Shown piece by piece: positions 1 through 8,259 of a stretch of DNA of 32,307 bases. Position 1 is the first letter of the stretch. Each line of letters begins with the position of its first letter. Made by a program: the position numbers and the translations under genes. Location: the IMG/VR virus record IMGVR_UViG_2711768067_000015. One strand, 5' to 3'. The notes under the pieces were generated by a model that ran no database searches, had not been told where the DNA came from, and saw only the letters and a list, made by a program, of their open reading frames with translations. The stretch is from a virus (Duplodnaviria > Heunggongvirae > Uroviricota > Caudoviricetes).

Positions 1-573
1 GTGTTATCTTACTTAATAGCAATTCATTTTGTTTTACTTGGAAATTCTTCTGATTTAAAAAGCTTTTGGAAATCTGAAGTAATACGGCGAGAGCATATGA
101 ATATCTGGAGGCTTTTCAGAGAGAAAAAACAGCGTAACAGGAATTTCCTTTTCTGGTGGCGGCTGGCTAACGAAATGTATATTAATGGTAATAAATTACA
201 TAAGAAAGCTGCTAAAAAGTTAAACAATAAAATAATTAACAATTTTGGTTGCGAGATTGGACTGGGCGCAAAAATTGGAAAAGGGCTAACAATTCCCCAT
301 CACGCTGGAATTGTTGTTCATTTTGCTGTTGATGCTGGTGAAAATCTGGTGTTACGACAGAATACTACTATTGGACAGATAGATGGTGACATACCTGGTT
401 CAAGAGTAAAAATTGGTAGTAACGTTGATATCGGAGCTAATTGTTGCATCATTGGATTATCACGTAAAATTGGGGATAATGTAAAAATAGGCGCAATGTC
501 TTTTATAAATAAAGATATACCATCGAACTGCACATATATAACTAAAAAGAACGGTGTTGTTTTGTATAAATAG
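1..573 (+). CDS. Hexapeptide-repeat (left-handed beta-helix) acyltransferase, CysE/WcaB-like; may be 5'-partial at the window edge or start at the ATG at 97
   Basis: ORF-track translation shows tandem hexapeptide motifs (GAKIGKG, IGSNVDIGANCCI, IGDNVKIGAMSFI) typical of serine/sugar O-acetyltransferases. Codon 1 is GTG and the frame is open to the window edge. Sequence is visibly AT-rich compared with the neighbouring phage genes. Confidence 0.7.
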   Translation: MLSYLIAIHFVLLGNSSDLKSFWKSEVIRREHMNIWRLFREKKQRNRNFLFWWRLANEMYINGNKLHKKAAKKLNNKIINNFGCEIGLGAKIGKGLTIPHHAGIVVHFAVDAGENLVLRQNTTIGQIDGDIPGSRVKIGSNVDIGANCCIIGLSRKIGDNVKIGAMSFINKDIPSNCTYITKKNGVVLYK

Positions 574-580
574 AGCACAT

Positions 581-619
581 AAAGCCATCGATATTTCTAT
601 CGATGGCTTTTTCTTTTTA
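581..619 (+). terminator. Rho-independent terminator downstream of the acyltransferase gene
   Basis: Inverted repeat aaagccatcgat / atcgatggcttt with a 6-nt loop, immediately followed by a T-rich tract (ttttctttttatt) on the plus strand. Confidence 0.55.
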
Positions 620-1195
620 TTGTGGGGCGACTGGCCACTCAATATCCGCTGCTACTGTTGTATCAACACGATTCAACAATACCCGATATGTCTTCCATGC
701 AGCCAGTAACGATGCCTCTTCCTCCGTCGCAATATCCAAATCTACGGCATCCTGAAGTGGCGCAATATGCTCACTGGCTACCTGCATCAGGCTGTTTTTT
801 GTTTCTTCCGCCTCCTGGATCCGGAACAGTTTTTCTGCTTCTGCATCTTTCACCCAGGATGTACCGTTCCACTTCTGAAACTCCCCTTCCGGGGATAACC
901 AGGTGACATTTTCCGGTAATGGGCCAAGTTCAGAAATAAATAACGCGTCGCCAGAAGCCACGTCATAGACGGTTTTACCCCGATGGTCTTCAACGAGATG
1001 CCACGATGCCTCATCAGTGTTGAAAACAGCCACGAAGCCAGCCGGAATATCTGGCGGTACAATATCGGTACTGTTTGCAGGCAGACCTGTATGAGGTGGA
1101 ATGTATGCATCACCTTCACCAATAAATTCATTAGTTCCGGCCAGCAGATTATAAATTTTTATGGTCTGTGGTTGTTCACTCATTCTGAATGCCAT
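617..1195 (-). CDS. tfa: Tail fibre assembly protein (Tfa-like chaperone)
   Basis: 192-aa ORF directly downstream of the tail fibre gene with overlapping stop/start. N-terminal sequence [34 protein letters not shown] matches my recollection of enterobacterial prophage Tfa proteins. Confidence 0.85.
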   Translation of the reverse strand: MAFRMSEQPQTIKIYNLLAGTNEFIGEGDAYIPPHTGLPANSTDIVPPDIPAGFVAVFNTDEASWHLVEDHRGKTVYDVASGDALFISELGPLPENVTWLSPEGEFQKWNGTSWVKDAEAEKLFRIQEAEETKNSLMQVASEHIAPLQDAVDLDIATEEEASLLAAWKTYRVLLNRVDTTVAADIEWPVAPQ

Positions 1196-2307
1196 TATGC
1201 GAGCCTCACAATATAGTTAAATGCGATGTTTTTGACGGTGTTTTCCGCGTTACCAGCAGCGTTAACGGTGATGGTGTGTCCATGTGAACCAATCGCAACG
1301 GAGTGCGTGTGTGCACCAATACCGACAGTGTGCTGATGAAAACCAATACCTACAGTATGAGAATGTGAGCCAGAGGAACCTGTTGTTGCTGATGTATATT
1401 GAGTTGCCAGACGCCCAGATGTCAGTGGAATTTTCCCCCCCTGGTTTGCACCATCTGATGTTGGTATTGAATGCGTGTGACTCCCGGCGTTACTGGTAGT
1501 TTTGGTCCCATAGTCAAATAGTGAGGTTGTTTTCGTCCCGTAATCAAACGACGATGTGGTTTTCGTACCCAAATCCGTACTGGATACGCTGGCGCTGTGG
1601 GTGTGCGATTTAATGCCGTCCTGTTCCTGAGACAATACGGCACGACCACTGGCGGGCTTGCCCTTAATCGTCCAGCCACGCATATCAGGGATCACGCCTG
1701 ACGGATAAGCAGCTGCAAGTTTCGGGTATGCAGACTTGTCAAAAGTCTGTCCCTGCATCAGAGCATAACCAGATGGAACTGTATCTGATGGCCACGGGAT
1801 CGGGGCACCTACAGGAAAGGTCGAATTATTTTCCAAACCAAGATATTTAAGGACATCAGCAACAGAGCTTTTTGCCAAAATATCTCGCCCAACCTGTGTC
1901 AGGTCAGCCAAATTAGCGGTATCTTGATTGGTAAAATACGGTAATTTGTTTTCGGATGCTGAAAGATTAGCAAGTGCGGTAAGTATGGCATTAATTCTCT
2001 GATAGTTCTTATCTAATGCAGACGACATTTTTGCGATAAAGCCGGCCTGATCGCCATCGTCCTGTACATCCAGTCCACTTTCATTTGCTGTATATTGTGC
2101 TATTGCAGATGCAATAAAGCTGGCCTGCCGAATAGCCTTGTTGACTTGCGCGCTGGATGCTTTCCCTGCTGTAAATCCTGATAAAAGCGCAGGCAACGCT
2201 TCCCATTCATCCTGCGACATAACATTGGCATTTTTACCCGTTGCAAACGCTTTAAAGTCATTTTTCGCCATCAGAGTAATACTCCCCATGCCCCTACATC
2301 AAAACCA
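866..2307. repeat. Direct repeat copy 1 (about 1.44 kb) spanning the 5' part of tfa and the whole tail fibre gene; identical to 3176..4617
   Basis: ORF-track proteins from three frames are identical between the copies at a constant offset of 2310 bp (1195..2289 vs 3505..4599; 983..1216 vs 3293..3526; 1284..1499 vs 3594..3809; 1422..1679 vs 3732..3989). Borders were read directly from the sequence. Confidence 0.9.
1195..2289 (-). CDS. Tail fibre protein, copy 1 (364 aa, His-rich HxH repeats in the C-terminal tip)
   Basis: Follows the gp48-like baseplate gene and precedes tfa. C-terminus carries [28 protein letters not shown] motifs typical of enterobacterial phage fibre tips. Confidence 0.85.
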   Translation of the reverse strand: MGSITLMAKNDFKAFATGKNANVMSQDEWEALPALLSGFTAGKASSAQVNKAIRQASFIASAIAQYTANESGLDVQDDGDQAGFIAKMSSALDKNYQRINAILTALANLSASENKLPYFTNQDTANLADLTQVGRDILAKSSVADVLKYLGLENNSTFPVGAPIPWPSDTVPSGYALMQGQTFDKSAYPKLAAAYPSGVIPDMRGWTIKGKPASGRAVLSQEQDGIKSHTHSASVSSTDLGTKTTSSFDYGTKTTSLFDYGTKTTSNAGSHTHSIPTSDGANQGGKIPLTSGRLATQYTSATTGSSGSHSHTVGIGFHQHTVGIGAHTHSVAIGSHGHTITVNAAGNAENTVKNIAFNYIVRLA

Positions 2308-2362
2308 ACCAGCAGATTATAAATTTTTATGGTCCGTGGTTGTTCACTCATTCTGAATGCCA

Positions 2363-3505
2363 TTATGCAAGCCTCACAATATAGTTAAATGCGATGTTTT
2401 TGACGGTGTTTTCCGCGTTACCAGCAGCGTTAACGGTGATGGTGTGTCCATGTGAACCAATCGCAACGGAGTGCGTATGAGCACCAATACCGACAGTATG
2501 CGCGTGTGCACCTGCAGATGCTGCTGTGCCGGACAGTGAGTGGCTATGATTACCATCTGTACTGGTATTAGCTAACCACCCCGTAGACATACCTACTGAA
2601 CCTTGTACACCCCAGGTATTTTGACCTGAGCTTGTATAACCATATTGATAAGTATCTTTAAAAACACTGGGGTTAAATCGACGGCCATCTCTATGGCTGT
2701 GATTACCAGCTGCATTCGTGCTGCCACTTAAACTATGAGTATGCGCACCAGTGTTATTCGTGGATTTAGTGCCGTAATCAAACGATGATGTGGTTTTCGT
2801 ACCCAAATCCGTACTGGATACGCTGGCGCTGTGGGTGTGCGATTTAATGCCGTCCTGTTCCTGAGACAATACGGCACGACCACTGGCGGGCTTGCCCTTA
2901 ATCGTCCAGCCACGCATATCAGGGATCACGCCTGACGGATAAGCGGCCGCAAGTTTCGGGTAAGCAGATTTGTCAAAAGTCTGCCCCTGCATCAGGGCAT
3001 AACCAGACGGAACGGTATCTGATGGCCACGGGATTGGTGCGCCGACTGGGTAGCTTTCTGGTGGAAGATTTTTCGAGGTATAAACTTCTGCCCAGTCTTC
3101 CTCAAAACCATAACCGTCTCTTGAAGAACGGTAGAACAGACCACCATTTCTGTAATGCGCCTTCATCTGCAAACCGTTCCACTTCTGAAACTCCCCTTCC
3201 GGGGATAACCAGGTGACATTTTCCGGTAATGGGCCAAGTTCAGAAATAAATAACGCGTCGCCAGAAGCCACGTCATAGACGGTTTTACCCCGATGGTCTT
3301 CAACGAGATGCCACGATGCCTCATCAGTGTTGAAAACAGCCACGAAGCCAGCCGGAATATCTGGCGGTACAATATCGGTACTGTTTGCAGGCAGACCTGT
3401 ATGAGGTGGAATGTATGCATCACCTTCACCAATAAATTCATTAGTTCCGGCCAGCAGATTATAAATTTTTATGGTCTGTGGTTGTTCACTCATTCTGAAT
3501 GCCAT
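2363..3505 (-). CDS. Chimeric ORF: Tfa N-terminal 110 aa fused in frame, via a 41-aa linker, to an alternative tail fibre C-terminal tip cassette
   Basis: First 110 aa are identical to Tfa (617..1195). The C-terminal part aligns with the fibre tip but has a divergent central segment (about 2480..2770), flanked by stretches identical or near-identical to the fibre gene. Whether it is expressed is unknown. Confidence 0.55.
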   Translation of the reverse strand: MAFRMSEQPQTIKIYNLLAGTNEFIGEGDAYIPPHTGLPANSTDIVPPDIPAGFVAVFNTDEASWHLVEDHRGKTVYDVASGDALFISELGPLPENVTWLSPEGEFQKWNGLQMKAHYRNGGLFYRSSRDGYGFEEDWAEVYTSKNLPPESYPVGAPIPWPSDTVPSGYALMQGQTFDKSAYPKLAAAYPSGVIPDMRGWTIKGKPASGRAVLSQEQDGIKSHTHSASVSSTDLGTKTTSSFDYGTKSTNNTGAHTHSLSGSTNAAGNHSHRDGRRFNPSVFKDTYQYGYTSSGQNTWGVQGSVGMSTGWLANTSTDGNHSHSLSGTAASAGAHAHTVGIGAHTHSVAIGSHGHTITVNAAGNAENTVKNIAFNYIVRLA

Positions 3506-4617
3506 TATGCGAGCCTCACAATATAGTTAAATGCGATGTTTTTGACGGTGTTTTCCGCGTTACCAGCAGCGTTAACGGTGATGGTGTGTCCATGTGAACC
3601 AATCGCAACGGAGTGCGTGTGTGCACCAATACCGACAGTGTGCTGATGAAAACCAATACCTACAGTATGAGAATGTGAGCCAGAGGAACCTGTTGTTGCT
3701 GATGTATATTGAGTTGCCAGACGCCCAGATGTCAGTGGAATTTTCCCCCCCTGGTTTGCACCATCTGATGTTGGTATTGAATGCGTGTGACTCCCGGCGT
3801 TACTGGTAGTTTTGGTCCCATAGTCAAATAGTGAGGTTGTTTTCGTCCCGTAATCAAACGACGATGTGGTTTTCGTACCCAAATCCGTACTGGATACGCT
3901 GGCGCTGTGGGTGTGCGATTTAATGCCGTCCTGTTCCTGAGACAATACGGCACGACCACTGGCGGGCTTGCCCTTAATCGTCCAGCCACGCATATCAGGG
4001 ATCACGCCTGACGGATAAGCAGCTGCAAGTTTCGGGTATGCAGACTTGTCAAAAGTCTGTCCCTGCATCAGAGCATAACCAGATGGAACTGTATCTGATG
4101 GCCACGGGATCGGGGCACCTACAGGAAAGGTCGAATTATTTTCCAAACCAAGATATTTAAGGACATCAGCAACAGAGCTTTTTGCCAAAATATCTCGCCC
4201 AACCTGTGTCAGGTCAGCCAAATTAGCGGTATCTTGATTGGTAAAATACGGTAATTTGTTTTCGGATGCTGAAAGATTAGCAAGTGCGGTAAGTATGGCA
4301 TTAATTCTCTGATAGTTCTTATCTAATGCAGACGACATTTTTGCGATAAAGCCGGCCTGATCGCCATCGTCCTGTACATCCAGTCCACTTTCATTTGCTG
4401 TATATTGTGCTATTGCAGATGCAATAAAGCTGGCCTGCCGAATAGCCTTGTTGACTTGCGCGCTGGATGCTTTCCCTGCTGTAAATCCTGATAAAAGCGC
4501 AGGCAACGCTTCCCATTCATCCTGCGACATAACATTGGCATTTTTACCCGTTGCAAACGCTTTAAAGTCATTTTTCGCCATCAGAGTAATACTCCCCATG
4601 CCCCTACATCAAAACCA
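3176..4617. repeat. Direct repeat copy 2 (identical to 866..2307)
   Basis: Same evidence as copy 1. To the right it continues into the unique gp48-like gene. Confidence 0.9.
3505..4599 (-). CDS. Tail fibre protein, copy 2 (identical to copy 1)
   Basis: Protein is identical to 1195..2289. The start overlaps the stop of the gp48-like gene, which is the native context. Confidence 0.85.
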   Translation of the reverse strand: MGSITLMAKNDFKAFATGKNANVMSQDEWEALPALLSGFTAGKASSAQVNKAIRQASFIASAIAQYTANESGLDVQDDGDQAGFIAKMSSALDKNYQRINAILTALANLSASENKLPYFTNQDTANLADLTQVGRDILAKSSVADVLKYLGLENNSTFPVGAPIPWPSDTVPSGYALMQGQTFDKSAYPKLAAAYPSGVIPDMRGWTIKGKPASGRAVLSQEQDGIKSHTHSASVSSTDLGTKTTSSFDYGTKTTSLFDYGTKTTSNAGSHTHSIPTSDGANQGGKIPLTSGRLATQYTSATTGSSGSHSHTVGIGFHQHTVGIGAHTHSVAIGSHGHTITVNAAGNAENTVKNIAFNYIVRLA

Positions 4618-5261
4618 CTGATAAATTCGTTATCCATATCAAAACCAAAAAATTTTGAGCCTTCCGATGGGGTTTCCACCGAAGGTGTTTCAATGCCACC
4701 CGCCCACACACCGGCGGCTTTTACTGTGAGATATCCCTGTTTAATTGCAGCAATTAACTCACGCGATACATCTGAAATATCATTATCGGGAAAGACCCAG
4801 ACCGATATCGTCATGTCCTGGTTATCGACTATCTGCATTCGCAGCCCGGATCCTGCTGTTGCCGCGTCAAGAATTGCCGGAAGCGAATCATTCCGTCCGT
4901 CCCAGTTATTAATCGCAATCTTCGCTTTAAGAATGACACGATAAGTTTCATCGCTGAGATACATGTATCCAGAATCAGGATCATATGGCCCCTGCCATAC
5001 CCCCTGATCATATCCAAGCCCGTCGGTATCCCAGCTGAAATAGACACCTGAGATAGGCTGGCTGACAACACGGCTACGTCCGATCCACAATCCCAGAATG
5101 TCAAGTTGCACACCAACCGCAGAGTCAATATCAAATGCAGTAATCAGCCCTCTGGTGGCCGCCGCAACATCAATAAGCGGCCGGGTCATCAGATCAACAT
5201 GTGCAAGAAATTTAGGTTTGGTGGCGTGGTAGTTCGTGATTAGTTCGGTGTATTTGCTCAT
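4581..5261 (-). CDS. Baseplate/tail protein, Mu gp48-like (by position and size)
   Basis: 226-aa ORF between the baseplate J-like gene and the tail fibre gene, with ATGA start/stop overlap to the upstream gene. Confidence 0.7.
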   Translation of the reverse strand: MSKYTELITNYHATKPKFLAHVDLMTRPLIDVAAATRGLITAFDIDSAVGVQLDILGLWIGRSRVVSQPISGVYFSWDTDGLGYDQGVWQGPYDPDSGYMYLSDETYRVILKAKIAINNWDGRNDSLPAILDAATAGSGLRMQIVDNQDMTISVWVFPDNDISDVSRELIAAIKQGYLTVKAAGVWAGGIETPSVETPSEGSKFFGFDMDNEFISGFDVGAWGVLL

Positions 5262-6457
5262 GACTCCACCGTTATAACGATATTTTCCGGGGTACAGTAC
5301 GCAGATTCGTTGTATCTGATATCAATGTTTGATGACGAAAAAGCCCCCGGGGATTTCCCAATCGTCAGTTCCTGAATATCGTAATAGCGTGCATTCCCGC
5401 CACTCACCACGCCAAGATTCGCCGGTGAGTAAATGCGACTTAAAAGGACCGAATCACCAATCATCAGACTATTGATATAGTCGGAAATAGCCTGCTGGAT
5501 CTGCTGCCCTATCTGTGAGGTATAACCCGTAAAAACTTTTAATTTAATCCGGGCATAAACAGGCACATCACTGGAACGCGAGAATTTGATTACATGGGGA
5601 TTGCCGTATTTATCCGGCACCGTAACGGATGTTGTACCGTGAGTGGCTGTCCCCTGACCTTTATTCCCTCTGATAGCCTGAGCAATATCCGTCACATCAC
5701 CACCATCCACAATTACAGCAACAGAGTGTGGCGGTAACCCGTTACCGTCCTCCGAACCAGTATCGTTTTCATAGAGTTTGTGGCGGGTTACACCGGTGAC
5801 ATTAGAAACAGCACCATCCAGTGCTTCAAATGGGGTTATTGATGGCAACGCAACACTTTGCGACTGGCGGATACGTAACTCCGCATCAGTTTCTGCCGGA
5901 GTGCCCACAGTGGCTGCAGCAGGATTGGTTACCGAAACCCAGCCACGGGTTGGCGTATTAATTTCAGTGATAGTTCCAGCCAGCGCCGCCACTGCGCCAC
6001 TGACGGAACATGTTGCGGTCACCATCACTGTACCATCCACGCCTACCACCACTGAAGCAGGCAAACGCCATATCACATTATTACTGTCTTTCACGCTGCC
6101 ATTAATGATGGTTGTTCCGGCAGTTCCTGTAAGAAGCAAATCAACCGTAGAGTTCGTCGCGCCTTTACGTGAAATACCATTTATTTTCACGTTACTGGTC
6201 AGTGCAGCCCCATAGCCGGTTGCCGGTGAAAAACAGTTGTAGACAGTTATCGCCGTATTATTGGCATCATGAATCGCCAGCGCCATCAGAGCCACCATCT
6301 GGCCGTCTTTGCTGTCCGGTTCGAGGTAGGCATCACTGCCATAAATCTGCTGAAAATAGCTAATCAGGGTGCTGAGTATCGTCTGATAATCAGGCGCACT
6401 GATCCCCTCCGCGGTTACCTTTGCAGATAAACCGAGAGAATCAAGGTTCAGAGCCAT
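5258..6457 (-). CDS. Baseplate J-like protein (Mu gp47-like)
   Basis: 399-aa ORF in the baseplate gene string. Size and position match baseplate wedge J-family proteins. Confidence 0.7.
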   Translation of the reverse strand: MALNLDSLGLSAKVTAEGISAPDYQTILSTLISYFQQIYGSDAYLEPDSKDGQMVALMALAIHDANNTAITVYNCFSPATGYGAALTSNVKINGISRKGATNSTVDLLLTGTAGTTIINGSVKDSNNVIWRLPASVVVGVDGTVMVTATCSVSGAVAALAGTITEINTPTRGWVSVTNPAAATVGTPAETDAELRIRQSQSVALPSITPFEALDGAVSNVTGVTRHKLYENDTGSEDGNGLPPHSVAVIVDGGDVTDIAQAIRGNKGQGTATHGTTSVTVPDKYGNPHVIKFSRSSDVPVYARIKLKVFTGYTSQIGQQIQQAISDYINSLMIGDSVLLSRIYSPANLGVVSGGNARYYDIQELTIGKSPGAFSSSNIDIRYNESAYCTPENIVITVES

Positions 6458-6810
6458 TACGCCTCCGATGTAACAGTCGTTATTCCATAGAGAGTGTCGA
6501 TTTCAGCGGAAAACATGACACGTCGGGTCGTGGTATCCACCGTCGTATTGAAAGAGAGGATTGATTTAACGCCCCGCGTTTCGAGGATGCGCTTACGGAT
6601 CGCAAGATTGTAGGTTTCCGGCTTCTGCTTACCGAGTACGGACTGGATCCACGGAGTCCCCTCGGTGGTGTCGAGAAACCATTGCCCATACCACAATTCG
6701 AATCGCGTTTTTACCGCCTGCGCCACGGCCTCCGGTGAGTTAATCAGCCAGGTGTCATCACCGCTGCCAAAGGTGTAATCGCCATCGGCGTCTTCACGTC
6801 TGTATCGCAT
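6457..6810 (-). CDS. Small baseplate protein (GPW/gp25-like, Mu gp46-like)
   Basis: 117-aa ORF translationally coupled between the spike-like and J-like genes. Confidence 0.65.
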   Translation of the reverse strand: MRYRREDADGDYTFGSGDDTWLINSPEAVAQAVKTRFELWYGQWFLDTTEGTPWIQSVLGKQKPETYNLAIRKRILETRGVKSILSFNTTVDTTTRRVMFSAEIDTLYGITTVTSEA

Positions 6811-7562
6811 CAGTTTACCCCATCGGTATTGCTTCCACCGCGCTGAACACCGCCATGAGTGTGCGTATCATCGATTGGCTTGCCGTTAGCCTTAACGCTC
6901 CCCAAGAACTCAACAGCACCAGTGATTTTTGAAGCCACACCAGAAACAACAGACCCCACCATGCCCCCCATCCAGGTTAACAGGCCATGAATGGTTACTT
7001 TCTCAGAAAAATCAGCCAGAGGGGCAACCACATCAAGACCACCCGGGGCGACAATTTTAATTTTCCGGGTATCAGGATTAAGCTCAAAATAGGTGCTGCC
7101 GTCGTCACTACGCAACTGTGTGGCACTGATATTAATACCGCTAATCTTCCTCGCCTGCGACTGGGGACCGGCTATACAAAACGCATCCGATAAATCATGC
7201 ATTCTGTCATCGACCGGCTCCTGTATCCCACCGCTCTGCCACCAGAAATCAATACAACGATCGGCAAAAACGACAAGACACTCATCCCCGGCTTTAACCG
7301 GAAAAGTCAACGTACAGCCTCCGCCGCGCGGAAATACCACTGGCACATCCACCAGCAACGGGTAATTTTTGGTAATGCGGTTACCGTCGTTATCCTTTTC
7401 AACCGAACGGATAGCTGGCTGTACAACCGCCGTCACCGCGTCGGGATCGAATGACTGAACAATGCCAGGCAAGGCGACACGGATCTGGTTCTTTGTTGTT
7501 TCCCGTTCAGATTTGAATGTTTCGGCAAGGTCGCCGCTGCGGGTCTGGTCAGATACTGCCAT
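6810..7562 (-). CDS. Baseplate spike/assembly protein V-like (Mu gp45-like)
   Basis: ORF begins at the ATG at 7562 (MAVSDQTRSGD...) with a GGAGCC ribosome-binding site; the track's longer version uses a TTG. Size and position match phage baseplate spike proteins. Confidence 0.7.
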   Translation of the reverse strand: MAVSDQTRSGDLAETFKSERETTKNQIRVALPGIVQSFDPDAVTAVVQPAIRSVEKDNDGNRITKNYPLLVDVPVVFPRGGGCTLTFPVKAGDECLVVFADRCIDFWWQSGGIQEPVDDRMHDLSDAFCIAGPQSQARKISGINISATQLRSDDGSTYFELNPDTRKIKIVAPGGLDVVAPLADFSEKVTIHGLLTWMGGMVGSVVSGVASKITGAVEFLGSVKANGKPIDDTHTHGGVQRGGSNTDGVN

Positions 7563-7581
7563 TAAGTAGGCTCCAGAAAGC

Positions 7582-7606
7582 AAAAAACCCGCCGGGTGGC
7601 GGGTTC
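7582..7606 (-). terminator. Rho-independent terminator after the 79-aa membrane protein gene
   Basis: Minus-strand hairpin AACCCGCC-ACCC-GGCGGGTT followed by TTTTTTG, 16 nt downstream of the stop at 7622. Confidence 0.6.
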
Positions 7607-7621
7607 ATTATTGAAGTTTCA

Positions 7622-7861
7622 TTACTGCTTGTTTGCTTCTAACGCTTCAGCTATTCGGCGAAGATACTCATTGTTTTTAAATGAAACCATGATGCACTCA
7701 AAGAATATTCGGCAAAATACAGCACATAACAAAAGCACTAAAGCGCCAGCAGCCTTCCCATTAACAAACGTTATAATGGCGGCAACAACCAGAAGTAACA
7801 TTGTGATGCCATACAGAACGTTGATGATTTTTGGAGTTATTAATTTATCAAATCCGAACAT
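7622..7861 (-). CDS. Small membrane protein (79 aa, two predicted transmembrane helices); moron-like cargo gene
   Basis: Two hydrophobic stretches (ITMLLLVVAAIITFV and ALVLLLCAVFCRIFFECIMV). AAGGA ribosome-binding site, with its own promoter-like element upstream and a terminator downstream. Confidence 0.6.
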   Translation of the reverse strand: MFGFDKLITPKIINVLYGITMLLLVVAAIITFVNGKAAGALVLLLCAVFCRIFFECIMVSFKNNEYLRRIAEALEANKQ

Positions 7862-7897
7862 GCGACAAATTCCTTATCGTGAAAGTAGAAGTACCAC

Positions 7898-7925
7898 ATT
7901 ATAATTACGAGTGATTAATCAACAA
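7898..7925 (-). promoter_or_regulatory. Candidate sigma70 promoter for the 79-aa gene
   Basis: On the minus strand: TTGTTG (-35), a 16-nt spacer, then TATAAT (-10), ending about 36 nt upstream of the ATG at 7861. Confidence 0.4.
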
Positions 7926-8256
7926 TCTTTTTGCATGGAAAGGAACCGATGATTTTCGGCGCATCCATGCTGTTCTGCAGCAGTTGGACATTCAGGAATC
8001 GCGTTTCGGTACCAGGGCGACGAATGTATTCAAAGCCGTAGTTGTTACCGTCTTTGGCAGGCATAAGCCCCATGTCTACTTTCAAACCATTGGTACCCAG
8101 TTCGGTGATTTTTTGAGAGGTAACTCTTTCACCGTTGATTGTCGATAACTCGCCCTGGTTTGCAACCATAGTGTAGCCACCGCATTTAACCGTGAAGCCA
8201 TCCGCCCACGCGCTGCACGCAGAAAAGACAGCTAACAGAAAAATAATACCCCTCAT
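7915..8256 (-). CDS. Secreted or lipoprotein-type small protein (113 aa) of unknown function
   Basis: N-terminal signal peptide MRGIIFLLAVFSACSAWA with an AWA/DG signal peptidase I motif (or possible FSAC lipobox). Two Cys in the mature part. Starts 4 nt after the upstream 353-aa gene. Confidence 0.65.
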   Translation of the reverse strand: MRGIIFLLAVFSACSAWADGFTVKCGGYTMVANQGELSTINGERVTSQKITELGTNGLKVDMGLMPAKDGNNYGFEYIRRPGTETRFLNVQLLQNSMDAPKIIGSFPCKKIVD

Positions 8257-8259
8257 TGC

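Noticed and set aside
1-96. Track ORF start at position 1 for the acyltransferase.
   Set aside because: Codon 1 is GTG at the window edge, so this is an artefact of truncation. The true start is either upstream of the window or the ATG at 97, so the gene is reported with that caveat.
1195-3505. Considered a diversity-generating retroelement acting on the fibre tip.
   Set aside because: No reverse transcriptase gene is present, the repeats are kilobase-scale and identical rather than short template/variable repeats with adenine-specific differences, and the variant tip differs by block replacement.
1195-4599. Considered whether the periodic repeats (HxH motifs, direct repeats) could be a CRISPR array.
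   Set aside because: The repeats are protein-coding, hundreds of bp long and not interspersed with short unique spacers. No cas genes are present.
866-4617. Considered whether the repeated tail fibre sequences reflect a Gin/Cin/Min-type invertible host-range segment.
   Set aside because: Invertible segments have alternative tips in inverted orientation between inverted repeats and an adjacent serine invertase gene. Here all cassettes are in direct orientation on one strand and no invertase-like ORF is present in the window.
7596-7904. 102-aa plus-strand ORF overlapping the 79-aa membrane protein gene.
   Set aside because: It is antisense to a gene that has its own promoter, ribosome-binding site and terminator, with no translation signals of its own.
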